A DNA stretch of 64,000 nucleotides from Lytechinus pictus (GCF_037042905.1 NC_087252.1:22570001-22634000); one strand, 5' to 3'. Positions 22,592 through 35,609 are shown, counted from the first letter of the stretch. The notes: generated by a model from the letters alone, not told the origin. Translations and numbers: made by a program.

Positions 22592-25415
22592 CTACAGAAA
22601 CACCGATAAGAAAGCATAAAAACACAAATGAATACACACTGTGTCTGAATGTTATTATTACCAGAGATTCTCTGCCAATGCTATCAGTCCTTTTTAAGGT
22701 TTCATATACTTGGTTGTACAGATATGATCAATCTTTAATATTAGGTGGGGCAAAATTTACCTATCTACACAGAAAATACATGTTCTGTGTCATTGCTTAA
22801 CATTATGGAATATTATTTATAAATCTATAATTCCAATCATGTACCTGACTGTATTCTGGGGAAAACAATAGTGTTAAATATGCCAATAAATAGCAACAAA
22901 ATATTTCAGCTAACTTCCTACATATGTATGTATATGTCATGTTCTTTAACCCTATCCATGATTCACGCAATATATTCGGCGTGCAAAATTTTTTGACCGC
23001 GCCACTCACTGACTTTTTACTTTCAAGTCTTGCGCAACTTTTGAGACCAGTTTCACGTCACCCAGGTACGCGGTTCCAAAATTATGCAACATTATGTAAG
23101 TGCATGTCAGACCAAAAATTGCTCAAAAACGTGATTTTGTGTATAAAGTCAATGCAAATTGTGTTTTCAACCAAAATTATTTTTAGTTTTGCTGGTCCAA
23201 ATGTATTTATTTAATGCTGTTTATGATCTCAGAAGAGTCCCCAACAAATTTCATAGAAAAAACAATGAAAAACAAAAGGTCCAAAAAACAAAAAATACAT
23301 AAGAAATTGCAAAAAAATATATAATACATAAGAAATTGATCTGATATCGCAATTTTTTTTCATGTACACTTGCTAAAAACACAACAAAGAGTTTCTAAAC
23401 CAAAAATAAGAATATTTGGAGCTTTAATTAGGGAGTTAGAGGGAAAAGTATGATTTCGCATACTAATTATGCATAAATAAGCATAATCACTTTGCAATTT
23501 GTATGAAAAATTACTATACAATTTTGTAGATATGTCCCAGACAACTGCGTGCTAATTTTCGGTGCGATCGCACAGCCAACAGCCGAGATCTCAAGGGGGG
23601 GGGGGGCCCCCCCGGCCATATGAACTCCCGAAATACCCCGGCCTAGATAGGGTTAATTCATTATTGGTAAATTTTGATTGTTTCCACTGGTTTACCCTTC
23701 TACATGCCATTTTCATGACAACATCTTTAATTTATGCACAACTGTGGACACTTTCTTGTCCACAATGAGATTTTCTGTGTTAACAAAAATGGTGTGTATT
23801 TCTATTTCCTCATAAAAACTTCATTAAAAAAAACACATTCCAATGCTTGTTAACAAGAATTTTAATTTTTAAATATTTTTAAATTAATATCAATAAGGAT
23901 CTGATCTGGCACAAAGAAAGATCATTACATGGGTATAAAGGTCATAGGTAACTTCAGAACAGCTTTATGAAACACCAAACGGGGCGCTCAAATTTCTAGC
24001 CTTACATCACCTACCAGAACTCACCCCCCCCCCCCCCTCCAAAAATGAAATATCCTACCCATTCCATCTCCAGGCACAACATTCTCTTCTGGATCCCTCT
24101 CTGCATCTTCCACCAACATAGATTCAGGAGAAAGTGCTAGAGCCATTGACTCCTCATCATCGAAGATCGTCCTCTGAGGAGTCTGTTGCTTCCGAATCTT
24201 TCTTGGAATACGTGTCTCTATTCCATCAGCTTTAGCTTTGATCGGAAAGGCTGTCTTGTCTGAGCTGGTGGGCTGTTGGTCAGAGCTAGGGGTGTCCTCA
24301 ATCTTGACCTGGATAAGGACTGAGTTTTCCTGTGATGAAGAGCTTGAGGTGTCTCCAACCTTAACCTCAAAAAGGCCAGGATGTTCCTCAGATGAACAGC
24401 TAATGGTATCCTTGACTATGACCTTGACAAGGCCAGGATCTTTCTGGGATAAAGAGTTGGTGGTGTCCTTGATAATGACCTCAACGATGCCAGGATCTTC
24501 CTGGGATAAAGAGCTAGTGGTGTCCTTGTCCATGACCTTTACAATGCCAGGATCTTCCTGGGATGAAGAGCTAGTAAAGTCCTTGTCCATGACCTTTACA
24601 TGACCAGGATCTTCCTGGGATGAAAAGCTAGTGGTGTCTTTGGCCATGACCTTGACAACGCCAGGATCTTCCTGAGCCGAAGAACTGGACTGTGGTGGCA
24701 TTTGCATGATGCATCCATCACTGGGGATATTGATAGAAGACATTGACTGGTCCGTGGTGCCAACAGGGATGTCCTCAACGAAGAAGAGTGGGGCAAGGTC
24801 CATGAGATCCCCTAAAGATTCTAGAGATGATTGTTCAAGTTGATTGTTCCCATTATCGATTTGGATTACTATCTCCTCTTTAATATCACAGGGAGATTCA
24901 TGACCATCATTGTTGCTTCCAGAATCAGGTCTCCTGCCTTCAGGAGAAAGTTCATGCTGCGTATCATTTTCCTCTTTTGGTTGCCTTGTTCTAATCTCTG
25001 CAGCCAATGCACCATCAGGGACCATACTACTCTCCCCTAAGGGTGGATTCCTTGTTGCAAAGTCATCGGATGTCTCCTGCTCAATACCATTACCGCTATT
25101 GAAATGCGGCGTTCCTGATACACCTCCACCAACAACCGCATCAAGAACTGTACCAGTTTGGCTTTGCAAACTTGAAGTTGAATGGACATGGACTTCTACC
25201 TGCTCCTGCGATCCACCATGGATCTGTTCAAGGTGGAATCTTAGGTACATGGCTTGTGAGAATGCTCTGTAACAGAGGGGACACTGGTGAAGCTTCTTGC
25301 CAGTGTGGATGCGTTCGTGGGTCTCCAGTCTGTGCTGGCTGCAGAAAGGGTGGAAGCAGAAACGACAGATGAATATACGACCAGTTTGTGGATAAAAGCG
25401 GCGGCTAGAGGCCAT
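21060..25415 (-). CDS. C2H2 zinc-finger protein with AT-hooks, about 962 aa; join(complement(24059..25415), complement(21060..22591))
   Basis: Phase-1 donor ATG G|GTAGGA at 24059 matches phase-1 acceptor TTTCTGTAG|GT at 22591; total 2889 nt, in frame; ATG at 25415 in TCCATGG context; 10 C2H2 fingers; two GRP AT-hooks. Confidence 0.85.
22950..23652. mobile_element. Non-autonomous piggyBac-like element in the zinc-finger gene intron
   Basis: TTAA|CCCTATC..GATAGGG|TTAA. Confidence 0.7.
24059..25415 (-). CDS. Zinc-finger gene, first coding exon: 2 N-terminal fingers, acidic region, 19-aa repeats
   Basis: CRFC..HERIH-TGKK-CPLC..HLEQIH; 470-aa ORF; acceptor TTCATATACAG| at 25565 upstream of the ATG. 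Confidence 0.85.
24300..24690 (-). repeat. Coding 57-bp minisatellite, about 7 units (SSSQEDPGxVKVxxKDTTS)
   Basis: CCAGGAT core at 24376, 24433, 24490, 24547, 24604 and 24661 (period 57), plus one degenerate unit. Confidence 0.9.
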
Positions 25416-26729
25416 GGATGCCAAGGAGACCACGTCAGACTACCTCTAGCTTACACAAAGTAAGATGGGAGGAAACACGGAATACACTGCATGGCTTTTA
25501 AGATCTCATCAATGCGTGGAAGTTTACATGCACCGTCTCTCATGGATCTGCACTGGAATATTGTCCTGTATATGAAGAAAAATAGAAATTTAAAAACTAT
25601 TATGAGTAATTAAATCAATAAAATCAGGTTAATCTTGCAAACCAAAAATGTACATATATTTACATGTAGCCTATATGCAGTTAACACAATATACCCCTAC
25701 TCCACTTTTATGAGTAGACTTGCACAATTTTCCCTGTGAAATTTGTGTTGTTGATAGAAAATCCAAGTGTTTTAGGGGACAGTTTTCAAGAAAATATAAA
25801 AGGGTTGTTGGCATTTTTTTTGTGTGTTTTTTTTTAATCATTTACATGAACTACTATTTCCGTGTCAAATGGATAACGAATATTTGTCTACAGATCATTT
25901 TACGTTGTTAATCATTGTTATCAAATATTGGATGCTTTCAACAAGGGAAAGAAATACCAATGCAGTTAAAGTCACAATTTGTTGTTAAAACATATCTCTT
26001 ATAAAGTTCTTTTTAAGTCACTGTTGGCTCATTTCATTTTCAGTTGCAGTGCTACAAGTATAAACAGAAATTGTGCATCTGCATCAATATATTGAGAGTG
26101 TTTCATAAATACAATTTGTAAACTAAAAATAGTTTTAACACTACATTTAAAAACATTAAATAAGAAGCAATCAGTATCAGTTATAAGCTGTGTCAGATCG
26201 AAATAAATACTTTCTTTTGTATAATAGGTATACACATGAAGCTTTGCTGCACTTTTAATCCTTTGAGAGAAAAGTATGTTTGTGCTTTATAGAACTTTAT
26301 GCAATGTATCACACATACTTTTTTTGTAAATAAACTGCTGTTTAATTGCAAAAAAATCACAATAACTGTGCACCCTAAATTATGTCTCTTGTATATTGTT
26401 CTCCTTGTTCATATCTATCCATGGCAATGGCACTTCAGAAAAAAAATATGAATAAATTTAAAAAGAGGAATTTAAAAAAGAAACTCTGCAACTTTTCGGA
26501 TATATTCACTTGTTTGTAAGTAGAGTTATATCATTATTTTCCTTCGTTAGAGCCTTGACAGAGGGAAGAGACTCTGTATGGATGGTCAGACTGGAATTTT
26601 CATGGATTTATTTTGGCCCGCGGTAGGCCTACGTGCAGCTAGCACTAGCAGCTGCATGAGTTGGTAGCGAATCGGCATGCAAGTTGAATTGCCAGACTCA
26701 TCATCATAGACGTAATTCCCCTAATTTAC

Positions 26730-27010
26730 CTCCATCCACGTCACTAGAGCTAGAAACTTCATCTTCAAAATCAATTTGAAAATCCAAAATCTAGATAAAC
26801 TTCTGGGTTTTCTTTCATTTCGTGATCGAAGTATTCAGTGAAAGTGTGGAGAAAACGTTCCCTCGCAACAGGTTTTGCATGCAAGTGGAGCTTGACGTGG
26901 GAGAGCCAATCACGTCTCTCGTACACTCATACACGTCATCAAATTCGAGTCAATTCAGAGACCGATCGGAGGCATATTTCGGAGAGGCATTTTAGCGCTT
27001 TTTAATTGGC
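26730..27010 (-). promoter_or_regulatory. Putative promoter and non-coding first exon of the zinc-finger gene
   Basis: Donor GGAG|GTAAAT at 26730; CCAAT at 26906, ATTGG near 27005; TGACGTGG at 26893, CCACGTCA at 26736, ACGTCA at 26933; CpG-richer than the surroundings. Confidence 0.45.
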
Positions 27011-28825
27011 GATTTCCACTTTATGTATTACTTTCGTTATTTTTGAATGACCAAATCATGATAATCCCCACATCATGACCTTTCCACTGATATATAATAA
27101 GGCCATATTCATAATCAATATATTTCTCCTTTAAAGATCGTGATGTTGCATGAATTTTATATTTCCGCCCCATAAAATCCCACCTTTGTCACTCGGAATA
27201 TCAGATCGAGTTCACGGACTCGAAATTTGGGCAGGTGGAGCGGTAGTGAAGTGGAGTGGAGCCCGCACGAACTTCGCTCGAGGTAACTTGACATAAACTA
27301 AAAAAGGCGCTATTTAACAAAATATTTATTTAAAAAAAAAACGCCTTAAACACAATGCAAAAAACCTAACGATTTGGCCGCATTGTTAACAACTATCGTA
27401 AGGGGCGCTCCATTTATAAATAAAGATGAATGTGTAGCTGTCTACCGCGACACCGTTTGTCGCAAGTCTTTAAGTTTAATTTAATAAGAAATTGTCATAA
27501 AGACATAAAAATTAAAATTCAACGAGTGAACCGGTGAGTACCGATTTAAACATTATCAATTTATTTAGTAGAATACATTTAATTAGTAGCCTAGAGTAAA
27601 ACAATTTCGTGATATTAATGCTTAGTTCTAAGCGGCACAAATGCGCGTGAATCATGTGAATCGAGTCCCAGTTTCGAGTCCTTGTTTTTACTTGCACGCT
27701 GTGTTAGTGTGTAAGCAATTTTTGGCATTTTTTATCGGATAATGTACATACACTTGCACGCTGCACTTCACCAGTACGACAATTCACCAGACGGTGGACT
27801 GTACTGTTTCCAAAAGAAGAAGAAGTTTCTTAACACGGGTAATAGTATTACTAATAAAGTAATATAGGGGTGTTGCCGAGAGTAGACTAACGACTGTTAA
27901 AGATCTACATCAAAAAAATGAACAAGTGGGACCGAACAAAAAAAGACAAAGATTTCAATCCGTATTCCAGACAACCAATAACTGTTTCTCAGTACATTCT
28001 GACCAATATCTTCTTATATTCGAAAGGGGAAATGCGTTAGGTAACTTCTAAAATAGTTAAATGGGCAAATTTCCTCGTATTTACATTCGTTTTACCTTTC
28101 TTTGTGAGCAGTCGGTAGTTAAACGCACAAATTTCAGAGCAGTCCAATCCGGACGTCGTCCATTTCCACGACGGAAAATTGTCGTAGTACTAATGCGCCA
28201 TCTACGGCCGGTTTTCAAGCACAGTCGTCGAGAATTTTAGGAAACGCTGATCAATGATTGTTTAAATTATTACTATCTCTAATCGGGGAATAATAAAGTA
28301 CTGGAAATCATACAACTTAAGAGCAATATTACTTTGTGAACTTGATCTATAGGTACACCACCCCACCCCCACCCTCTTTGATTACGATCAGTGTGTTGCA
28401 AGAAACTTGCAGTTGATCTCAAGACACTGAATTTTCAGGTCCCAATTGCATGGTCTGCTTTTTGCATAAGCAAAAAATGCTTACTTGATATCACTTGTAA
28501 ACTTGTATCTGAAATTTGCAATAGATTACGAGCATTTCCTTGCAATACATCCTTTATTCACGTAAATATATTTATATATATCGTAGAACTATTAAGAACT
28601 TATTGATAGGTGCGTAAATACACAGTGCCAAACCACAGTTTTCTCTCTTCCATAAAATTTAATATTCCTTTTAATATATATCATTATGATTATCATTCAA
28701 AATTTTATTTTAATTTCCGTTCATATGTATAACAAATCCATGTAAATAAAATGCAAAATAACAGATAAACGTTACCAGGGACTTCTCGATTAATTCAACG
28801 TGAGCAAGAATGTTGGTAGTGATAA

Positions 28826-29824
28826 TACGGAAGCTTAAAAGTGCAACCCATCAGACAGGCCCATGTCAAGGGGTGAGGTTAAATTGCCTATTCGTCCACT
28901 GCCAACACGTCCACTCACCACATGGTCTACCTTCATTTAGTCTAATGCAATTCCGTCCATCAACTTTTCGTCTAACAACCATTTGGTCCAATAACGTTTA
29001 TTTGGTCTAATTATCACTTCGTCTATTATCACCGTTTCGTCTATGATCATTTCGCCTCATAACCAGTTGGTCTACTGCCCATTTTCTTGTTCTTGTCATT
29101 CATTCATCTACATCTCTCAAACTGGATGTAGACATGATCGAATCTGATTGGAGATTTCGTCATCTCATCACCTCTCAAACGGGATGTAGACATGGTATTA
29201 GATCCACTATCTTGCCGTCTCATCATCTTTTCTAAGTATTGTTTCAGTTTCTATAGAAGCTTAAAGGTGCCACCCAGGTATTCAGATAATCATCTCGTCA
29301 TGCATACTTTTGCGGAGATGATCAGATGACGAGATTTTGGATCTCGTCATGTCTACATCTTGTGAGAGCTATATTCATATGACGATCGAGATGTTTGGAT
29401 CTCGTTATGTCTACATCCCGTGGGAGAGATGATCAGATAGACAAGATCTTAGATCTCGTCATGTCTACATCCCGTGGGAGAGATGATCAGATAGACAAGA
29501 TCTTGGTTCTCGTCATGTCTACATCTTGTGGAAGCTATATTCATATTACGAGATGTTTGGATCTCGTTATGTCTACATCCTGTGGGAGAGATAATCAGAT
29601 GACAAGATCTTGGATCCATTACCATTTTATTATCCGAGCATGCTGGTGGCTTATATATAGCAGTTAAAGAACGCCCAAGATCTCGTCATTTGATCATCTC
29701 TCAAATGGGATGTAGACATGACGAGATCCGAGATCTTGCCATCTCATCATCTTTTCAAGGATTAGATTGTAGTTCGACATGACGAGATGATTAAACATCT
29801 GGGTGGCACTTTTAGGCTTCCATA
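28826..29824. mobile_element. TIR element with an internal about 59-bp minisatellite and a nested repeat fragment
   Basis: TACGGAAGCTTAAAAGTGCAACCCA (28826) and TATAGAAGCTTAAAGGTGCCACCCA (29252) versus TGGGTGGCACTTTTAGGCTTCCATA (ending 29824); GATCTCGTCATGTCTACATC units at 29340-29610. Confidence 0.55.
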
Positions 29825-29894
29825 CTGTAAATAATGTGCACTATATACAGTCAATAAATAAGAGGGCGTTCCAGAATTATTTTAATTAGTAATA

Positions 29895-31243
29895 CAGTGC
29901 GTATTAAAAAAAACGGGACATTTTTGAAAAGTCTAAAAAAATTTGTTTCAAATCATTATATCTATATTTTGATGTTAATAGATGCTCTGAGATCTTATCT
30001 TTGAAATGCCATTTAAAACAATAAATTTTGTTCATGCTTGAGCGAACACGGAATGTTTTTGTCTGGGGTTAAAAAAGAGGCTTGCGCCAAAATGGCATAA
30101 AATGATAAATATGATGGTTGGACTTTTTGCTAATGAGTAGACTTCTTCTTAACCTTTTCATTATCTTTGCCATAATTTTTGAATTATGCGGTCAAAATTC
30201 ATTTCTAAATCTACTTATTTGCTTGAATCGTTCTGTTGTTCCTTTTAATTGATATGTTTTCTTTTAGCTTTGAATATTCTTTCTTTTCTTTAAGCAAGAA
30301 AATTTTTTTAAACCGAAGTATGGGAGAGCGTGTTTTTTTCTTCAAATCCTTTGATTGTGTGCTACAAAGGTTATATGGTTTCTTTGAACAATGGCATACT
30401 GATGGGTGGGGCTTGGGGTGCCCCCCCCCCATTAAAAAAAATCATGACCAAGAAAAAAGTGGAAAGGAAAATAACAGAAAACATAGAAAGTGAAATATGA
30501 TATCATTTTCTGAATATTATGTCAAAATCACAAAATTTTATATTTTAATAAAGAAAGTGGAAATTTTTGCTTTGGCTTCACAACTGTTTAATACATTACC
30601 CGATCTGCCATATCTTGCTCCTTCAAAATTGACTCAATACACCATTGCCGTTAAAAGACATGAATCCTTTCCTGTTTGTCCTGTCAAGCACATAAACTTG
30701 GTGAAGGATTCAATAACACTTTGAAAATAGGATTCATGTCTTTTATAGGTACCATAACATAATTTGTTTCACATAATAAAAGGATTTGAATAATTACAAA
30801 TTCTCCCAATTAATAATGCAGATCTTCTTACTTGGGTAGACAAAAAGTATTTTCTTCTTACTTATGAAGGAAAATTCAAAGTTAAAAGAATTTTAACTGA
30901 AAAACAAAATAATTCAGGTAAATAAATAAATTTGTAAACGAAATTTGACAGCATAATTAGAAAATTATGGCAAAGACAATGAAAAGATAAAGAGGAAGTC
31001 TGCTGATTAGCCAAAAGTCTAATCATCAAATGTCTCATTTCTGCAATTTTGGCGCAAGCCTTTTTTGAACCCCCAACAAAATTGTCCCGTGGTCGCTCAA
31101 GCATGAACAACATTATTTTTTTTAGTGGTATTTCAAAGATAACATCTCAGAGCATATATATTAACATCAAAATATAGATATAATAATTTGAAACAATTTT
31201 TTTATAGACTTCAAAACGGTCCCGTTTTTTTTTATACGCACTG
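29895..31243. mobile_element. Non-autonomous Tc1/mariner-like element with about 300-bp TIRs
   Basis: TA|CAGTGCGTAT..ATACGCACTG|TA; arms about 29895-30210 and 30920-31243 are reverse complementary. Confidence 0.8.
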
Positions 31244-31317
31244 TATTTCAAACCGCTCATGCCATAGGGCTATCCTGTGCACTGTTTAGGGTTTTAGAGC
31301 GGTCACCAGGAACATCG

Positions 31318-31462
31318 GCCCGTTGCAGAAAGAGTTGCAATCAATCGCAACTCTAAAAATAATGCGCAATTTGATTTTCAACCATTCAACAGAGCGCATT
31401 TGGTACTTGAGGTTGATTTTTTAACTTGCGTTTTAAACGCAACTCTTTCTGCAACGGGCCCC
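31318..31462. mobile_element. Small palindromic MITE
   Basis: GGCCCGTTGCAGAAAGAGTTGC..GCAACTCTTTCTGCAACGGGCC; partial relative near 43560-43662. Confidence 0.65.
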
Positions 31463-32026
31463 AGTTCTGTTGGCCTTCATAATAATTCAACGTTAATTAG
31501 ATTGCCTTCGTTAATTTTAGAGGTTGAACTTAATTAATTATGCTTGCTTGGTGGTTTGCTTCTGCATGGTTGTATGACCAGGGGCCTGTAACACAAACCT
31601 TAGAAATCATCGTAGAACAGTTTTAATTGACTGATTGCCATGACTACAATGTACAATCAATTGTAAAAACCAAATATACGATCGATCGCTAGTGTTTGTG
31701 TAACTGGGCCCTAGTATTTGTGAGGGATGATATTTCCAAACTTATATTTGGTATTACTCAGCTTGGTCAAATAGACCTATATTTCAGTTTATATTGAGTG
31801 TAAGAATAATAGGATAGCGAGGCAAATTTATTGATTGGACCGGGTCGGTGCACTTCCCCTGAAAACATTTTGCGTGAGAGTATAGCGAGCCAGCCAAACT
31901 TTGAAGATCGGTTACCATAGCAGCCAGAATGATGCTGAATGCGTTTTGGTGAAAATTGGACAATGTAAGATAACAATATTTATTCTAATGAAAAAAAAAA
32001 AATTCACCAGTAAACGGCACTATCTG

Positions 32027-32289
32027 CATAGGCGGCGGAAGCGAGGGGGACCTTTCCCCCCCTAAATTTTTAGTTGATACCTTTTTTTTTTCTTTTGCTT
32101 GTCAAATTTGGTTCCTCCGTCCCCCCTAAATTCACGTGGGCCCCCCTGAAATGTTTGTGGTCCCCCCCCTAAAATTTAGGTTGATAACCTTTTTTTTTTA
32201 TAGGCTTGTCAAATTTTTTCCCTCTGTCCATCCAAAAATTTCAGGTGGGCCCCCCCCCCCCCTAAATTTTTTGGCTTCCGCCGCCAATG
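32027..32289. mobile_element. hAT-like MITE with perfect 8-bp TSD
   Basis: ACTATCTG|CATAGGCGGCGGAAGC..GCTTCCGCCGCCAATG|ACTATCTG. Confidence 0.85.
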
Positions 32290-32698
32290 ACTATCTGTAA
32301 CACAGTAATGATTACTTGATAGAGGCCTGATATGAATTTCATATATTTAAAATGATCCGAAATGATTGATGGTCCTTTATTATGTTTAAACTCTAAAAAC
32401 AGAGAGTAAGAAATTACCCAATATTTGGTAGAGAGGGAACATGCATGTTTGCTGAGTAATTGTTTCCCTCAATATTGGGCAAAATACATGTTTGAAGGGT
32501 AAATTTTAACGCAACATTGCGTAAAATTTACAAAATTTTTGGAATATTTTTACCAAACAAACATGTATGTTCCCATTCACCCAATATTGGGTAAACTTTT
32601 TTTACAGTGTAACAACGGCCACATTCGCATCGACAAATTCGATTTGAAATTCATAGACATCACAAATTTGCATTATATAATAGATTTGTACTCTTACT

Positions 32699-33009
32699 GG
32701 CCCGTATTCTGAAGTCGGGTTTAACTTAAACTCAGGTTTAAAGTTGTGGTTTAAGTATGGATGGCAAATTGTTACATAAATCACTAACAGTAAAGATATC
32801 ATATTTCAGCTCACTTGGCTCTTAAATCATTCATAATTATCTAGGAAGTATAAATAGATGATTGTCTTCAGCATCGGTGAATTAGGAAAGAGCACAGTAA
32901 ACATAAGAAACGTACAACTTAATAAAAATTTTGATACTTTTGGCTTCCCATACTTAAACCACAACTTTAAACCTGAGTTTAATTTAAACCCGACTTCAGA
33001 ATACGGGCC
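32699..33009. mobile_element. MITE with about 60-bp TIRs
   Basis: GGCCCGTATTCTGAAGTCGGGTTTAA..TTAAACCCGACTTCAGAATACGGGCC. Confidence 0.75.
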
Positions 33010-34779
33010 CCTGTAATCAGGAATCCCACAGAAAATTGAAAACAGAATTCCATGACTTATCCATGACTAAATTGCTCCTTTCCGTGATTTCCCGGGAGTT
33101 ATGTAGCATTTGGGATGTCACAAAATTGGAAAAAATTGAAATCATGAACACCAATTATAATAGCAGAGTATGAGAGTTGCGAGACACGAAAAACTGGAAA
33201 GCTGCCATAGCCAAGAGGTAAATGCAATTCCATGACTTGTCCATGACTTTTCACAAATTTTTCCAAATTCCCTGACTTTTCCCTGCCTTTTCATGACTAC
33301 AAATTTTCAAGGATTTTCCATGACTGTGGGAACCCTGTGTAATGTTGGATTAACTCCAATAATTCAAACTGAGAGCGGAGCAAGTACATTACCATGATTA
33401 CCTTTGTAAATATCATGGAAGTCGAGAGTCGAAACAAATTACACCACAAAGTACTGTATCAGTAGTAAAGTCTACATTCTTATATTTCATGCATATAGTC
33501 AATCATTATAATTTAATACAATAAAATATATGTAATACTTGTTTAGATTATTACAAAAATAGTATTTGAATTATTTACATATTACTAAATTCAGTACAAC
33601 GATTCCAATCGTATAAAATTATAATTGTTTATAAAAATCTTTGAAAAAACCCCAATATGGTTACATTCTGTACACAATAAAAACTAAAACACTATAAGAT
33701 TAAAATGGTTACGTACAATATTGCTATAGTAACCATTTGGTCCAATCATCACTTCGTCTAATCACCAGTTCGTCTATGACCATGTCGTCTCATAACTAGT
33801 TGGTCTAATGTCCATTTTCATTCATTTCGCCCTATTAACAGTCAGTCCAATTAGACCAAAATAATGATGGACTATAGATGGCTATTGGACCAACTGATTA
33901 TTTGACGAAATGGTGAGCGGACGAAATGGCAATTAGACCATGTGGCTAGTAGACGAACTGATGATAGACCAAATGATAGTAGACGAGTTGATAAATGGAC
34001 GAATTGGCATTAGAGCAATTGACCTTAAACCCATAATACTATTCGTAAAGAAGAACTCAACTTAAAATATCATAACGTATTAACGTTATCATTTTACATC
34101 ACATTTTGATATTTTTCTTTATCTTTGTAAAACCCCGGGTAAAACCTTTTTTCGATTTCTCTATTATTTTGTATAAATTAGGTTTTTGAGTGTACATGGG
34201 CTTAAATCAATAAGAAATGATCCCATGTATTTCTGCCCAACATACCAAAGTCATGTAAGTCGGTTACCTGTATTATATGTGTTTCTCAAATGCTTTCTAC
34301 TATAGATGACGTATAATATGCTACATAATGTTTGCAAAGTTGAATGGAGTTAAACTGTTATTGCGTACTGATTTAACCTTTTTGTGTGTAGTTACTTTAG
34401 GTAGTCTTCATGTCAAACAATGTAAAAGCATTTTAATTCAGCATTTTGCTGCAAGAAATGTTTTGATGAATCAATAAAGACCGTTATTATTATTACATAC
34501 CTATACATCAATCTATTAATATCCTTATTAAAATTTGAACATCAAACAAATATTAGTTGACATTAAAATGCGAGAGAGGCATTAATTATTTACAGGTGTA
34601 CTAATGCACGATGTATTTACGAGTATAAACAGATAAAAAGAATAAGGTATCAAATTGGAACCTTCAACCTGGAATGGGAAGCAAGGATAAGGGTTGAGGG
34701 AACGAAATATTTAAAAAGGCAAAATATGCAGAAAGGATAATAAAATACAAAAAGCTATCTAAATCATGATTTACATATA

Positions 34780-35609
34780 CCGAGTGAGTCAAAACAAATT
34801 TTACGCCTCACAAATCCCCAATTTAAGGAAAAATATATCATGAAGACATAATCATTATAAATGGCCTGAAAGAGTATATTCTCCCAGATGATTTGATACC
34901 ATAATGTATTAACGCTTGGATGATCAGGAGCAGTAGCGTACGCAGATGGGGGGGGGGGTTACAGCTGTTCAACCCCGCCCCCTTCAATTTTTTTATACCC
35001 AACCCCCCTAAAATTTTGTAGACCTTTTCATCATCATCATCATCATCATCATCATCTGCTGTAATCTCCAAAGGGCTCTGAAGCCTATCTAATTGTCAAC
35101 ATTATTAAGCTTGAACCCCCCCCCCCCTTCAAAAATCCTGCGTATGCTACGGATCAGGAGATATTCTTTGCAGTGATGTATATTTTGATTTGAGCCAAAT
35201 TAAGGCATGACTGCAATGAATGAATCCAGAGGTCAATTGTGTCAAATCCTACAAGGGTTGCATTAAAATGCATTTCAAAACACTTTTTCAGTAATTTACA
35301 TTATAATTGATTTGAAAAAACTTGAAAAGGGATTTGCAAAGATGTTTACTAACTCATGTATGATTGTGACATCATTGGCATCTGGGATTCATTCATTGCA
35401 GCCATGCCTGACTTCGGCGCAAATCGAAATCTACATCACGGTAAAGAATATATACCTCCTGATTATCCAAACGTGAAGACATACCACATAAATATGGTAT
35501 CAAATTATTTGGGAGAAGATACTCTTTTCATCTATTCATAATGATTATGCTTTAATGACATATTTTTATTGGGGATTTGGGAGGTGTCACGTTTTGTTTA
35601 CTCACACGG
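34780..35609. mobile_element. Foldback-type TA-flanked element (Tc1/mariner-like); same family as 60765-61693
   Basis: TA|CCGAGTGAGT..ACTCACACGG|TA; arms are inverted over most of the length. Confidence 0.7.
34931..35152. mobile_element. hAT-like MITE nested in 34780-35609
   Basis: ATCAGGAG|CAGTAGCGTACGCAG..CTGCGTATGCTACGG|ATCAGGAG (8-bp TSD). Confidence 0.8.

Noticed and set aside
22592..22637. Hydrophobic signal-peptide-like N-terminus of the 525-aa ORF
   Set aside because: It is the intron polypyrimidine tract upstream of the acceptor at 22591
21150..22800. Several plus-strand ORFs overlapping the zinc-finger exon
   Set aside because: Antisense shadows of the coding exon with no independent domain signal
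27860..28045. Possible divergent plus-strand exon or decayed THAP-domain remnant (KW..DFNP..CFSVH)
   Set aside because: Requires frameshifts and the similarity is too weak to support without a profile search
29330..29615. Regularly repeated about 59-bp units resembling a CRISPR array
   Set aside because: The intervening sequences are themselves repeats, not unique spacers; no cas genes; eukaryotic context
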